64,000 bases of DNA from assembly GCA_021513715.1 (NCBI GenBank), contig CP084167.1, positions 1,920,001 through 1,984,000 of the forward strand, read 5' to 3'. The notes beneath the pieces were generated by a model, which did not search any database, had not been told where the DNA came from, and saw only the letters and a program-made list of their open reading frames with translations. Numbering within the stretch: the stretch's first letter is position 1; each line of letters begins with the position of its first letter. A program made the position numbers and the translations under genes. Shown in pieces: positions 10,640 to 20,412 of the stretch. This DNA is from Candidatus Heimdallarchaeum endolithica (GTDB lineage: Archaea > Asgardarchaeota > Heimdallarchaeia > Heimdallarchaeales > Heimdallarchaeaceae).

Positions 10640-11056
10640 GTGTTTTTTTTGGACAATTCTTTTTTAAATAAAAAAAAATTAAATGAGATTATAAATAACA
10701 AACAACTAGCTAAATTTGGCGATTCTGTTGTTAATTTTGTTTACTCTTACGCTTTGTTTAAAGCTTATAATATACTAGTTGGGATTAAAGTTTCAGATTA
10801 TTGCCTTTCTGAAGCATGCAAAGGATCACCTCTTAGAGACTACGTGGGAACTAGAAAAAAGAAGGGAGAACTAGGTGATGCTGTAGAAGCATTTATTGGA
10901 TATATTGTTATTCAGAATGAATCAAAGCTCCTGGAGATTGTTTCAAACATGGTTCAGTTCTTTAAACTAACAAAAATCGCTCTTAAACAACCGGAAGAAG
11001 CAATATGTATAAAAGCTTTCTCTTTTTTAATCGATAAACTTTTCAATGAACTGTAA
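10640..11056 (+). CDS. Archaeal mini-ribonuclease III-like protein
   Basis: LAKFGDSVVNFVYS and LGDAVEAFIG RNase III signatures; follows rpoL. Confidence 0.75.
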   Translation: MFFLDNSFLNKKKLNEIINNKQLAKFGDSVVNFVYSYALFKAYNILVGIKVSDYCLSEACKGSPLRDYVGTRKKKGELGDAVEAFIGYIVIQNESKLLEIVSNMVQFFKLTKIALKQPEEAICIKAFSFLIDKLFNEL

Positions 11057-11090
11057 TTGGATTTCGAAATAAATAAACTTAAACAATTTT

Positions 11091-11675
11091 TCATTCGATA
11101 ATATAATCTTTGAATGTTTGCCCTATCAAATCTGCTATTCTTAGAGATTCAGGTAAAAAACTAGTAAATGTAGCTTTTTCTATAATCTCCTTTACTTCAT
11201 AAATCTTGTTAATACCTGTAAACTGAACAATTGCTTCAAATTCTCTATTAATTTTATTTTTAAACTTTATTCTCTTCATTGGGGGATTCGAAAGGAGTAT
11301 ACCATACCGCTTTTCTCCATCTTCTAAATGCATTAATGCTTTTCTAATTTTTTCTTCATCAGGTTTTTTACTCAAGATTGTAATAACAGGGATATTTAAT
11401 TGTTCATATAAAGCATTCATATCTATTACATTAAAAGCGGCTATAGTCGAACTAGCTAGAAAAATCGCTTTTAACTGTGTAGCAAATTTACTTGTTTCTA
11501 TCATCCAGATTATTTTTTCTGTTGCATCTAATCCATCTATTTCAATTTCACCCCGTAAGATCCCTTCTACAAAACTATAACCACGAGTTACCACTCCAAA
11601 AATAAAAGTTTTTTTTGACTTATTACGATAGAATGCAGCGTCATCAATGCCAATTGTACGAATCTTTTTTTTCAC
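11091..11675 (-). CDS. DUF99/UPF0215 endonuclease V-like protein
   Basis: IGIDDA, DGLDAT, AAFNVID, PESLRIA motifs. Confidence 0.85.
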   Translation of the reverse strand: MKKKIRTIGIDDAAFYRNKSKKTFIFGVVTRGYSFVEGILRGEIEIDGLDATEKIIWMIETSKFATQLKAIFLASSTIAAFNVIDMNALYEQLNIPVITILSKKPDEEKIRKALMHLEDGEKRYGILLSNPPMKRIKFKNKINREFEAIVQFTGINKIYEVKEIIEKATFTSFLPESLRIADLIGQTFKDYIIE

Positions 11676-11726
11676 TTTTTAATTTCTAAAAAAAATATAT
11701 AAATACTTATTGTAAAAAAATAAAAA

Positions 11727-12269
11727 TCAAATAAGTTTCTTTCTGACAATTGGAATAATAAATAATGAGAACAGTGAAGTAAATAGATACACTGGTGTTT
11801 TTTCTGTTGTAGGTTCACTAATATCTATTTTAATATAATATGTGTCATCTGTTGGTTGAACAATATTATCTAGACCCAAAAAGTCGACAGAGTTGGGTAA
11901 TAGAATGTTTGTCCCATTAGTATAATAAACAATAAAATGGTATCCAATTGTTGAACCACTTCCTTGTGTTATGTAATAATTTCCTGAAAATACATTTCCA
12001 TTTTGTTCCATCAGAATCGGTTTTGTATCACAAATGAAATCGGGACTAAGTTGACAGAAAAAGAGCCGTATATAGGAGATATTTTCAGAGTCATAAACTT
12101 CTATTGTAATGCTGATATTTGTTTCTGGAGTAACATATGAAGGCGTTTGGTTTATTGATTTTATGTTATAATTTTGCCCATAAACATACATTTTTGTTTC
12201 TAATACTACAGAAAAGAAAAAAAGTATGGTAATTATACCTACTAATTTTATGGATGAGAGTTTTTTCAT
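11727..12269 (-). CDS. Secreted/surface protein with beta-rich domain and C-terminal membrane anchor
   Basis: N-terminal signal-like segment; C-terminal EPTTEKTP + hydrophobic helix + RKK; two Cys (CQLSPDFIC). Confidence 0.65.
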   Translation of the reverse strand: MKKLSSIKLVGIITILFFFSVVLETKMYVYGQNYNIKSINQTPSYVTPETNISITIEVYDSENISYIRLFFCQLSPDFICDTKPILMEQNGNVFSGNYYITQGSGSTIGYHFIVYYTNGTNILLPNSVDFLGLDNIVQPTDDTYYIKIDISEPTTEKTPVYLFTSLFSLFIIPIVRKKLI

Positions 12270-12270
12270 T

Positions 12271-13587
12271 TCAACTTAAAAGAAAAAATTCCAATAATAA
12301 ATATATCCCTACTAATATTATTATGACACTAGCTACTTTCTTTATAATATCAGTTGCATTTTTTATCTTCTTAAGTAAAGCATCCCGAGAAAGGCTGATA
12401 AGAAGTGTAGCAAAAGCCATGAGGAAGATAATTGTTAATGAAAAAGCTATGTATCCAAAAATTATTTTTATAACAGATAAAGAAGAGATTTGAAGAGCAA
12501 ATGCAAAGAAAATAGGTGCGTTACAGCCAAGTGAAGCTAGTCCGTACCCAATACCATAGAGAAAAGTTTGATTTATTTTTTTGATGAATTCTCTTTTTTT
12601 CTTATTTTCATTAAGCTTCCTTTGCTTTTTGTTAATCCATTGTTGAATAGAGTTAAATTGCAAGGAAAAGTTTGTAAACATTGAGATACCGAATAAAATC
12701 AAGAGCCCTCCAATTATAGGAACAAGGTAAGGAACATATTTTTTTATGCTTCCTCCAACAACTGTTATTAATACACCTAACAGCCCATAACTGATTAATA
12801 TTCCCACTCCTCCGATACTTCCAATCAACAGATACATGGGTGAACTTCCTTTGTGTTCTTCTTTTGTAACACCAGCTGAAGTTTCACTATCTTGTTCTTC
12901 AGTTGACTCTTCGTCTTGTTCTTTCTTCTGTTTTTGATCTTGTCCTATAATATGAGCTAAGTAACTAGGAAGAAGAGGAAAAGCACAAGGAGAGAAAAAA
13001 GAAGCTATACCGGTTAATACTGCGAAACCTATTGTAAATTCACTTCTTGTGGTTATCTCTGTTCCACCTAACTCACCATTTATTGTTTGTTGCAATACAG
13101 TTCTTAATGTATCTTCATCTACAAATCCTGTATCATGGAATGTAATCATACCTTCTTTATTAATAATAACAAAAGTAGGTAAAGAGATTACATTATAATC
13201 ATCGACCATACTATCTGAAGCAAAAGCAACATACCAAGAAATGTTATACTCTTGTTTATAATTTTCTAATTCTTCTTTTGTAGTAAATGAATCAATTTCT
13301 AGAGTTATTATTGTTACATTTTCTTTTATTGATGAATCACCCCAAATATTATTTAATACCGGATTCATTTCTTTACACACTGTACAAGTAACACTCATGA
13401 AATCAAGAAGAAGAACTTTATCACTTTGGGATTCAAAAGATAGGATTTCACCTTCTAGTGTTTCTACTTGGAAAGCTGCAGCTTTTTTGCTTCCTGATCC
13501 AGAATAACGAGTGAAAAAGTAAACCCCTAGCAATGTACTTAATATTACAAATGTAGCTGCTAAAATAATTGCATCTCGTTTCTTCAT
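12271..13587 (-). CDS. TlpA-like thioredoxin fused to CcdA/DsbD-type membrane domain
   Basis: DFMSVTCTVC redoxin motif; SFFSPCAFPLLPSY and ASLGCNAPIF CcdA Cys motifs; multiple TM helices. Confidence 0.85.
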   Translation of the reverse strand: MKKRDAIILAATFVILSTLLGVYFFTRYSGSGSKKAAAFQVETLEGEILSFESQSDKVLLLDFMSVTCTVCKEMNPVLNNIWGDSSIKENVTIITLEIDSFTTKEELENYKQEYNISWYVAFASDSMVDDYNVISLPTFVIINKEGMITFHDTGFVDEDTLRTVLQQTINGELGGTEITTRSEFTIGFAVLTGIASFFSPCAFPLLPSYLAHIIGQDQKQKKEQDEESTEEQDSETSAGVTKEEHKGSSPMYLLIGSIGGVGILISYGLLGVLITVVGGSIKKYVPYLVPIIGGLLILFGISMFTNFSLQFNSIQQWINKKQRKLNENKKKREFIKKINQTFLYGIGYGLASLGCNAPIFFAFALQISSLSVIKIIFGYIAFSLTIIFLMAFATLLISLSRDALLKKIKNATDIIKKVASVIIILVGIYLLLEFFLLS

Positions 13588-13699
13588 ACTGGAAGAAAAA
13601 TTGAGACAGTTATATAATTTTTGAGAAATATTTTCAAGTAAAAAAGGACTTATTAAACATCTAAAGAGGATTTTAAAGAAAGCTACTCAAAAATAAAAA

Positions 13700-14038
13700 T
13701 CATTCAATATCTATACCTAGAGCCATTCGTATCAACTCTTGAACTCGATCCTCTTCTTCCTCATATTTTGCCTTTTTTCCAGGAACTTCTACTATTACTG
13801 GATAAGTTTGTTGCCTAATCTTAGCAATGATAGTAGTATTCGCTTTGGCAACATCCTCTGTCACTATCAATATTGCAAGGTCTGGTTGTTCAGCTAACTT
13901 CTTCAAAATACGCCCAGCATTTTCAGGTTCCACAGTATATGCCTCTGCTATTCCTGCAAGTTTAAAACCAAGCGAAGTTTCTTCATCACCAACAGAAACA
14001 ATCTTCTTTCTTTCCACATTACTACTCATCAAAATCAC
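13700..14038 (-). CDS. atpF: A/V-type ATP synthase subunit F
   Basis: VGDEET.LGFKLAGI, PVIVEVP, ELIRMALGIDI. Confidence 0.92.
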   Translation of the reverse strand: MILMSSNVERKKIVSVGDEETSLGFKLAGIAEAYTVEPENAGRILKKLAEQPDLAILIVTEDVAKANTTIIAKIRQQTYPVIVEVPGKKAKYEEEEDRVQELIRMALGIDIE

Positions 14039-14042
14039 TTAT

Positions 14043-14360
14043 TTAACCAAAGATCTGCGTTACGATAAGTTCAATAGCTTCTTTTTCTACTTTTTTTGCT
14101 TTTTCCTTTAATTTCATTTGCTTCTTTTCAAACTGATTTAATAATTCATTGTAGTTTTGTTCTGCTTTAGCCTTAACAGCTTCAGTAATCTTTGAAGCTT
14201 CTTCTTTAACTTTTATTTCTGCTTCGCGTATCTTTAAAATAGCTTTTTTTTCTGCTTCATTAATCGATGATTTTTTTTCTTGCTCTGCTTGCTTCAATTT
14301 TTGTTGATAACTTTTCTCTGCGTCCTTTATTTTACGTAATAATTCAATTGACATGATCAT
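14043..14360 (-). CDS. A/V-type ATP synthase peripheral stalk subunit H/G
   Basis: ELLRKIKDAE..AE.EA coiled coil of about 105 aa ending AIELIV; directly upstream of atpF. Confidence 0.7.
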   Translation of the reverse strand: MIMSIELLRKIKDAEKSYQQKLKQAEQEKKSSINEAEKKAILKIREAEIKVKEEASKITEAVKAKAEQNYNELLNQFEKKQMKLKEKAKKVEKEAIELIVTQIFG

Positions 14361-14550
14361 CGTCCGAATTTTTCTTATTCTTAAAATCTTAAAAATTATC
14401 TACTTAAAATATTTTGTTGTAGCTAACAGTTAACAAATTGTCGACAACTACTACTCAAAAAGAAGACTTAAAAATCACTGAAAGAAAACAATTCGTCAAG
14501 AAAAATGGAAGAAATTCTTTCGACGATGATAGTAAATAGAAGGTGAAAGT

Positions 14551-14856
14551 ATGCGTAAATCACATGGATATAGGCATGGGACACGAAAATTATTTAGTAA
14601 AAAAACAAGAGATAAAGGAATTCGCCCTCCAGATTACATATTAACTCCGTATGAGGAAGGAGATATAGTAGATATTATTATTGATCCAAGCGCACATAAA
14701 GGAATGCCTCACAGGAGATATCATGGAAAAACAGGAGTAATAAAAAAGAAACAAGGCGAATCTTTCATTGTAGAAATAAAACAAGGAAAAGCTATAAAAA
14801 ATATAATTGCAAGAAGAGAACATATTCGAAAGTCACGCTCTCAAATTAAGGTTTAA
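14551..14856 (+). CDS. rpl21e: Ribosomal protein eL21
   Basis: SHGYRHGTR, HKGMPHRRYHGKTG, EHI; GGTGA SD upstream. Confidence 0.96.
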   Translation: MRKSHGYRHGTRKLFSKKTRDKGIRPPDYILTPYEEGDIVDIIIDPSAHKGMPHRRYHGKTGVIKKKQGESFIVEIKQGKAIKNIIARREHIRKSRSQIKV

Positions 14857-14867
14857 AAGGGATTAGG

Positions 14868-15218
14868 ATGCCAAAGAATGTTTTAAATAAAAAGCCGTTA
14901 ACAATTACTGAAGCAATGGAGATACTTCAGAAAAGAAGTGAAGAAGACGAATTGTCATACTGGCAACGTGTCGCTTACGAGCATGCGATGCAACACGCAA
15001 GAGTAGATCCCAGTGATTCACGTAAAATTGTTGAAACTCTCATAAACGAATTTGAGATAACAGAATTAGCGGCTTTTTCTATTGCAAATGTACTCCCCAC
15101 AAGACCTGAAGAGTTAAAAGACTTACTCCAAAAAGAACCAAAGATTCTTACAGATTCAGAAATAAAAGCTATCTTTGATTTTCTTCGACCTTATGTTCAA
15201 AAATACCTTGGAGAGTAG
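14868..15218 (+). CDS. rpoF: RNA polymerase subunit F (Rpo4)
   Basis: ELSYWQR, IANVLP...EELK; conserved position after rpl21e. Confidence 0.9.
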   Translation: MPKNVLNKKPLTITEAMEILQKRSEEDELSYWQRVAYEHAMQHARVDPSDSRKIVETLINEFEITELAAFSIANVLPTRPEELKDLLQKEPKILTDSEIKAIFDFLRPYVQKYLGE

Positions 15219-15300
15219 ATGCAATAACCAGAATATAAATCTAAATTTAAAAGCCTTTTTTTAATAATATATGCAAAACTTTTTTTTATAGTATTACTTA

Positions 15301-16023
15301 TTGAAGGTGAGACATATGCAATATAATCCAGAACCAAATAAAGAAAAAAGTCAAAACCAAAGAGATACCCCTTTAGATTTTGAATTTGGAAAAATAAAAC
15401 ATGTCCGTCCTCCAAAAAAATTTGAAAGTAAAATATTAGTATTAGATTATCTACCTGAGGGAAAAGGTTTTAGTCAAGCCCCACGAAAAGAACCAATAAT
15501 TCTTGGGATTGGAACAAAGTGGTTCTCTTTGCTAGAAGTCTCGCTTCGTAAGAGAGGAAACTATACAAAATTTGCTGAATTAAAATTACCTCGCCCAGAT
15601 GAAGAGAACGGAGATACTCCACTAAAACGAGTTATAAGACAAATATCAACAGATGAACTAACCAATACGGCTTATGAAGCTCTAGATGAAGCTATTTGTC
15701 TAATAATCGGAAAAAATGAAAAAAGGTTTGTTACCTTCTTTAATAAAGCTCAACCCATTACTAATAAATTACACGCTTTAAAATTGATACCAGGTATTGG
15801 AAAACAGCTTATGTGGGAGATACTAGAGGAAAGAAAAAAACTTCCATTTGTTTCCTTTAAAGACATTGAAGATAGGGTAAAAGTTACAGACATTGCAAAA
15901 ATGATACAAAAAAGGATAAGACAAGAATTAGAAGGAGAGGAAAAGCATTTACTTTTTACTACAAAACTAGAACTTGACAAAAAAAGTGAATATAGGAAGA
16001 GATCTCGAGAACAAAAATATTAA
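15301..16023 (+). CDS. DUF655 family RNA-binding protein
   Basis: VLDYLP.G, FFNKAQPIT..LHALKLIPGIGK, PFVSFKDIEDRV; rpoF-DUF655-ksgA synteny. Confidence 0.88.
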   Translation: MKVRHMQYNPEPNKEKSQNQRDTPLDFEFGKIKHVRPPKKFESKILVLDYLPEGKGFSQAPRKEPIILGIGTKWFSLLEVSLRKRGNYTKFAELKLPRPDEENGDTPLKRVIRQISTDELTNTAYEALDEAICLIIGKNEKRFVTFFNKAQPITNKLHALKLIPGIGKQLMWEILEERKKLPFVSFKDIEDRVKVTDIAKMIQKRIRQELEGEEKHLLFTTKLELDKKSEYRKRSREQKY

Positions 16024-16079
16024 GAACATCTTATTTCTCCTTACAAAACTTTTATTTTACCAAAATTTAAGAAGATATT

Positions 16080-16958
16080 ATGACCATTTCTCAATCTTTG
16101 TGTTGGAAATCATCAAAAGAATTACGATACCATGTAGTTAGTAGTTTAAAGTATTTGGGCGTTAATCCAACAAAGATCAGAAGTCAAAATTTTTTGATTG
16201 ACTCAAATATTATAAAATATCAAATTGAGAAAGCAGGAATTAACCAAGAAGATATTGTTTTAGAGATTGGGGGGGGATTAGCTTCTTTAACAAAGTGTTT
16301 AGCAGAAAAAGCAAAAAAAGTTTATTGCATTGAGTTAGATAAAATATTTTCAAAATTTCTTCGAGATTATTTTTCTACATACAATAATGTTGAAATTATC
16401 AGTGGAGATGCCCTTAAAATAAAGTGGCCTTCTTTCTCTAAGAGTGTTTCAAATCTTCCATACCAGATATCATCACCAATAACTTTCAAACTTTTAGAAC
16501 AGTCCTTTCAAGTTGCAGTTTTAATGTATCAAAAAGAATTTGCTGAAAGACTATTTGCAGAACCTGGAAGCAAAAATTATTCACGACTTTCAGTTATGGT
16601 TAAACTAAAGGGCAAAGTGAAGTATCTGAAAACAATAAATGAACACTCTTTCTACCCTCAGCCAAAAGTAAAAGGCGCTCTAGTTGAGATTAAACCTTTA
16701 AATAGAGAGTTAAATTTGGACATTATTCAATTTGGGGAGTTTGTCACCAGTTTATTCACTTTAAAAGGGAAAACTGTAAGAAGCGCTCTAAAAATTAACT
16801 TTAAAAACACTTTTTCTAATTTATCTGAGAAAGAAAAAGAGAAATTAGAAAAATTGCCATTCATACATAGGAGAATATTTAGCCTTACTCAAAATGAATT
16901 GATTGAGTTATATAATGAGATTCTTAGAGCAGGATGGTATTCAAGTGAGAGACGTTAA
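16080..16958 (+). CDS. rsmA: 16S rRNA m6,2A dimethyltransferase
   Basis: QNFLID, VLEIGGG, SNLPYQISS, QKEFAERL..PG..NYSRLSV, FYPQPKV. Confidence 0.93.
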   Translation: MTISQSLCWKSSKELRYHVVSSLKYLGVNPTKIRSQNFLIDSNIIKYQIEKAGINQEDIVLEIGGGLASLTKCLAEKAKKVYCIELDKIFSKFLRDYFSTYNNVEIISGDALKIKWPSFSKSVSNLPYQISSPITFKLLEQSFQVAVLMYQKEFAERLFAEPGSKNYSRLSVMVKLKGKVKYLKTINEHSFYPQPKVKGALVEIKPLNRELNLDIIQFGEFVTSLFTLKGKTVRSALKINFKNTFSNLSEKEKEKLEKLPFIHRRIFSLTQNELIELYNEILRAGWYSSERR

Positions 16959-17571
16959 TCAATATTATTTAGATAAATACAACATTCATTTAAGAATCAA
17001 TGATGACGTTTACGAGCCTGCTGAAGACTCCTTTCTAATGATAGATAATGTGGATATTCCAAAAAATGCTAAAATAATACTAGAAATAGGTTGTGGAAGC
17101 GGAATAATTAGTCTTGCTCTTAGTAAAAAATATCTTAATAAGCGTTTCATTGTTTCTGATATCTCTTTTATATCTACACAGTATACAAACTACAATGTAA
17201 AATTAAACAAATTACAAAATAATATAGATGTAATATGCTCTGATTCGATAAACGCATTAATTAATTTTTCTCCAGACATAATTCTTTGGAATCCCCCATA
17301 TCTACCTGAAGAAGAGAGTTCTTTTTTTACTCCCACTGAAAGGATGATGCTTTTTGGTGGAAAAAAAGGGTATGAAGCAGTTTATAAGTTAATAAATAAA
17401 TTTAATAAAAGAAAGATGAAAACAACATTTTATACTATTTTTTCTTCATTAGCTTGGGACCCAGAAGAAAGAAAGAGGGATGATAGTTCAAGGATCAAAT
17501 TTGAAATTGTTAAAGAACAAAAACTTCCCTTTGAAAAATTATTTTTAGTAAAAATTCTTATAGGAGACTAG
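16903..17571 (+). CDS. HemK2/Mtq2 protein-glutamine methyltransferase (true start probably somewhat downstream)
   Basis: VYEPAEDSFL, LEIGCGSG, NPPYLP, GGKKG. Confidence 0.88.
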   Translation: MSYIMRFLEQDGIQVRDVNQYYLDKYNIHLRINDDVYEPAEDSFLMIDNVDIPKNAKIILEIGCGSGIISLALSKKYLNKRFIVSDISFISTQYTNYNVKLNKLQNNIDVICSDSINALINFSPDIILWNPPYLPEEESSFFTPTERMMLFGGKKGYEAVYKLINKFNKRKMKTTFYTIFSSLAWDPEERKRDDSSRIKFEIVKEQKLPFEKLFLVKILIGD

Positions 17572-17572
17572 T

Positions 17573-18316
17573 TTGACAATGCTAGAAAAAACGTTATTAA
17601 ACTACTCTGTAGTATTAGTACAACCTAAAATAAAAGGAAATATTGGTGCAATTGCTAGACTCTGTAACAACTACAATGCAAAAAACCTCATTTTAATTGA
17701 TCCTCAAGTAGATCATCTATCGTCAGAGTCAAGAGCAAGAGCAATGCATTCACTCAAATATTTGGAAAACGCAGAGATCTATCCTACTCTCTCGGATATT
17801 AGAGGAAGATTTACTACACTTATAGCAACCACAGCAAAAGCAGGTGAACAGTATAAAATTTCAAGACAACCTCTATTGCCCTGGGATTTTACTGAACTAA
17901 AAATACCTTCAAACGCAAAAATTGGAGTAGTTTTTGGCAGAGAAGACATTGGACTACTAAATGAAGAAATCGATATGTGCGACATTCTAGTCAATGTTCC
18001 TTTACCTGGAGAACACAAGGTACTGAATCTATCACATGCTGTAGCCATTTTATTACATGAATTGTGGAAAGCATCAACAGCTATTGAAACAATTAAGAAA
18101 CAAGAACGAATGTCAACATACAACGAAAGGAAGATCCTCTTTGATGAAGTGGAAAAAATTTTAGTTAAAATAGAATATTTTGATCACAAAAGGACAATAG
18201 CGAATAAGTTAATTCAAAAGATAATAAATAGAAGTTTCCCAAATCATCACGAGATTCATTCATTAATAGGATTTTTCAAGGCAATAAGAAGAAAATTAGA
18301 AAAAAAATGTAGATGA
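17573..18316 (+). CDS. TrmJ-family SPOUT tRNA 2'-O-methyltransferase
   Basis: GNIGAIAR, VFGREDIGL.NEEI, LNLSHAVAI. Confidence 0.88.
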   Translation: MTMLEKTLLNYSVVLVQPKIKGNIGAIARLCNNYNAKNLILIDPQVDHLSSESRARAMHSLKYLENAEIYPTLSDIRGRFTTLIATTAKAGEQYKISRQPLLPWDFTELKIPSNAKIGVVFGREDIGLLNEEIDMCDILVNVPLPGEHKVLNLSHAVAILLHELWKASTAIETIKKQERMSTYNERKILFDEVEKILVKIEYFDHKRTIANKLIQKIINRSFPNHHEIHSLIGFFKAIRRKLEKKCR

Positions 18317-18933
18317 GAATAATGAAACAAAAGGACTTAGAGATCTTTTTATCGAGGTTAAAAACATTTCAAAAACCAAAAGTTTCCTTAGAACAATACC
18401 AAATCCCACCAAGACTAGCTGCCATGATTGTTTACAGAGCATATTTGCTGGGAGAAATAGAAAAAAAAAGTGTTTTAGATCTTTGTTGTGGTACTGGCTC
18501 TTTTTCTATAGCTGCAAAATTACTAGGTGCGAGAGAAGTATTTGGAGTTGACATAGACTGGTCTGCCATAAAAATAGCTAATGAAAATTCATCTAAATTT
18601 AACATCTATGTTGAATGGATATTAAGTGACGTATTAAAAACAAATTTTAAAGTAGACACAGCTTTTATGAATAGTCCCTTTGGTATCCAAGGAAAAACCA
18701 GAGATAAATTTTTTCTTGAAATTGCATTAAGAAGTGCAAAAACTTTATACTCCATACATCTTTATAATGAAGAGAACATTAAATTTTTAAAAAGGATAGT
18801 TGAAAAACATAACAAACAAATATCAGAAATCTTCAAAGCAGAATTTGAGATACCAAAAATATTTAAGTTTCATAAAAAAAGATACCACATTATTAATGTA
18901 GCAATTATAAAAACAGAGAATAAGAAAAATTAA
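18313..18933 (+). CDS. METTL5/COG2263-family RNA methyltransferase
   Basis: PKVSLEQY, LDLCCGTG, MNSPFG, YSIH, FHKK. Confidence 0.85.
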   Translation: MRIMKQKDLEIFLSRLKTFQKPKVSLEQYQIPPRLAAMIVYRAYLLGEIEKKSVLDLCCGTGSFSIAAKLLGAREVFGVDIDWSAIKIANENSSKFNIYVEWILSDVLKTNFKVDTAFMNSPFGIQGKTRDKFFLEIALRSAKTLYSIHLYNEENIKFLKRIVEKHNKQISEIFKAEFEIPKIFKFHKKRYHIINVAIIKTENKKN

Positions 18934-18934
18934 G

Positions 18935-19114
18935 CTATTTTGATTTATTTAACTGATTTTTTAGCAAGTTTCTACGATATTTGCTATATTTTTGCTCTTT
19001 TTCGATAGAGAACCTAGCTGGATGAGGAGTATAAGTTTTACCTCCACAATGGGGACACAAATCAGGTTTAAGAGTATATTCACCACAATTTGCGCATTTA
19101 TAAAGAGTCTTCAT
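18935..19114 (-). CDS. nop10: H/ACA RNP protein Nop10 (start moved to ATG at 19114)
   Basis: C..CGEYTL..CPHCGG.T..PHPARFS..KYSKYRR; follows aIF2alpha. Confidence 0.92.
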   Translation of the reverse strand: MKTLYKCANCGEYTLKPDLCPHCGGKTYTPHPARFSIEKEQKYSKYRRNLLKNQLNKSK

Positions 19115-19115
19115 T

Positions 19116-19922
19116 TTAATCACTAGAAACATCAGAAATAGTAAAACTAGCTTCATGACCCTCTAAAGACTGTTCAATTTTTTCAACAACTTTAGATAGT
19201 AATTCCTCACCGACTTTTACATCTCTAGCTTTTATTACAAGCCGATAATGAGGAGCTCCAACAGTAAAGATGTCTAAGCTTAGTTCTGCTTTTTCCATAT
19301 CTTTGAACTCTTCTCGTGCTTTTAATGCATTAAGTAACGCACCTTTTATAACTTCAATACCATTACTTTCCCAGCATAAAAGTTCAATATCCTTCTGAAT
19401 TGTTTTAATTGGTATAGTAAGATTCTTGTGAGCAATTTCTGTTAATATCGTTGCCCAATCCTCGGATACACCAGCATCAGTAAAAGCTTGCTCATTTTTG
19501 AAAAGTGCTTCCTCAAATGCTTGGTAAAAAGTTTCATAATAATTTGAGCATGGATCTTCTACGTCATTCCTTGCAGTTTCCAAATCTACCTTTCTCTTCT
19601 TTGCAGCAATTTCTAGAAAAGCAAGAGCAGTCTTATAATGTTTCCAATCTTCGATTTTAGAGCGACGAAGGCTTTCAGAAACTCGTTTTAAGCTAACATC
19701 AATTTGAGTACCAGTTACTCGTTGAACTCGACCTACAACTTTTTTTCCTTCTCTAACCACATTACGTATATTCCTAACCCAAGTTGAAGACAATTCACTT
19801 ATATGGCAATAAGCAATGAGATCTTCATATTCATCAAGTTTTATGTAACACCCATGACTTTCAATTTTTGTAATAGTACCTAAGACTAGATCTCCAGGTT
19901 CAGGTAAATTTCTTCTACTCAT
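19116..19922 (-). CDS. eif2a: Translation initiation factor 2 alpha subunit
   Basis: LPEPGDLV, HISELS..WVRNIR, IDVSLKRV S1 domain; VGAPHYR. Confidence 0.93.
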   Translation of the reverse strand: MSRRNLPEPGDLVLGTITKIESHGCYIKLDEYEDLIAYCHISELSSTWVRNIRNVVREGKKVVGRVQRVTGTQIDVSLKRVSESLRRSKIEDWKHYKTALAFLEIAAKKRKVDLETARNDVEDPCSNYYETFYQAFEEALFKNEQAFTDAGVSEDWATILTEIAHKNLTIPIKTIQKDIELLCWESNGIEVIKGALLNALKAREEFKDMEKAELSLDIFTVGAPHYRLVIKARDVKVGEELLSKVVEKIEQSLEGHEASFTISDVSSD

Positions 19923-20412
19923 TATAAACCAATGTTAATTCAAATTAGGCATATAAAAACTTAAGGTTTGGATTCCTATAATTGTGGGTGCTACATACAA
20001 ATTTCAACACAATGAAAACAGATTTGGAGATAAAAAAGTTTAGTTAATTTTCTTTTATTTTCAACTCTCATTTTTTATCCCATATAGAAAAAATTACTTT
20101 GTTATGTTTCTGTGTAGAAAAATAAGGGCTTTCTACTGACTAACTAATTGTTACACATTTACAAGTAAATTATTAAGTAAAATTAATTTATAAAAAGAGA
20201 ATAAAAAACAGAACTACATTAAATTCATTATCTTCAACACATATGATTTTCATTTAAGAAAACTTGTAGAAATTCACAAAGTATTGTAATTATAGCCTTA
20301 TAAAAAAAGTCAAAAAAATAATCAAAAAACGAATAGAAACATTACTAAAGAAACAAATTTAACCAATTTTTATTTGGAAAATATTAATAAAGGCTTGAAA
20401 TCTACGGCGAAT

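Noticed and set aside
14493-14526. Stem-loop in the rpl21e leader as an autoregulatory element
   Set aside because: Two 5-bp helices with a bulge; too weak to call without conservation data.
19923-20412. Long AT-rich intergenic region as a replication origin or ncRNA
   Set aside because: No ORB-like repeats, no adjacent cdc6/orc1, and no convincing C/D boxes or stable stem; consistent with divergent promoters.
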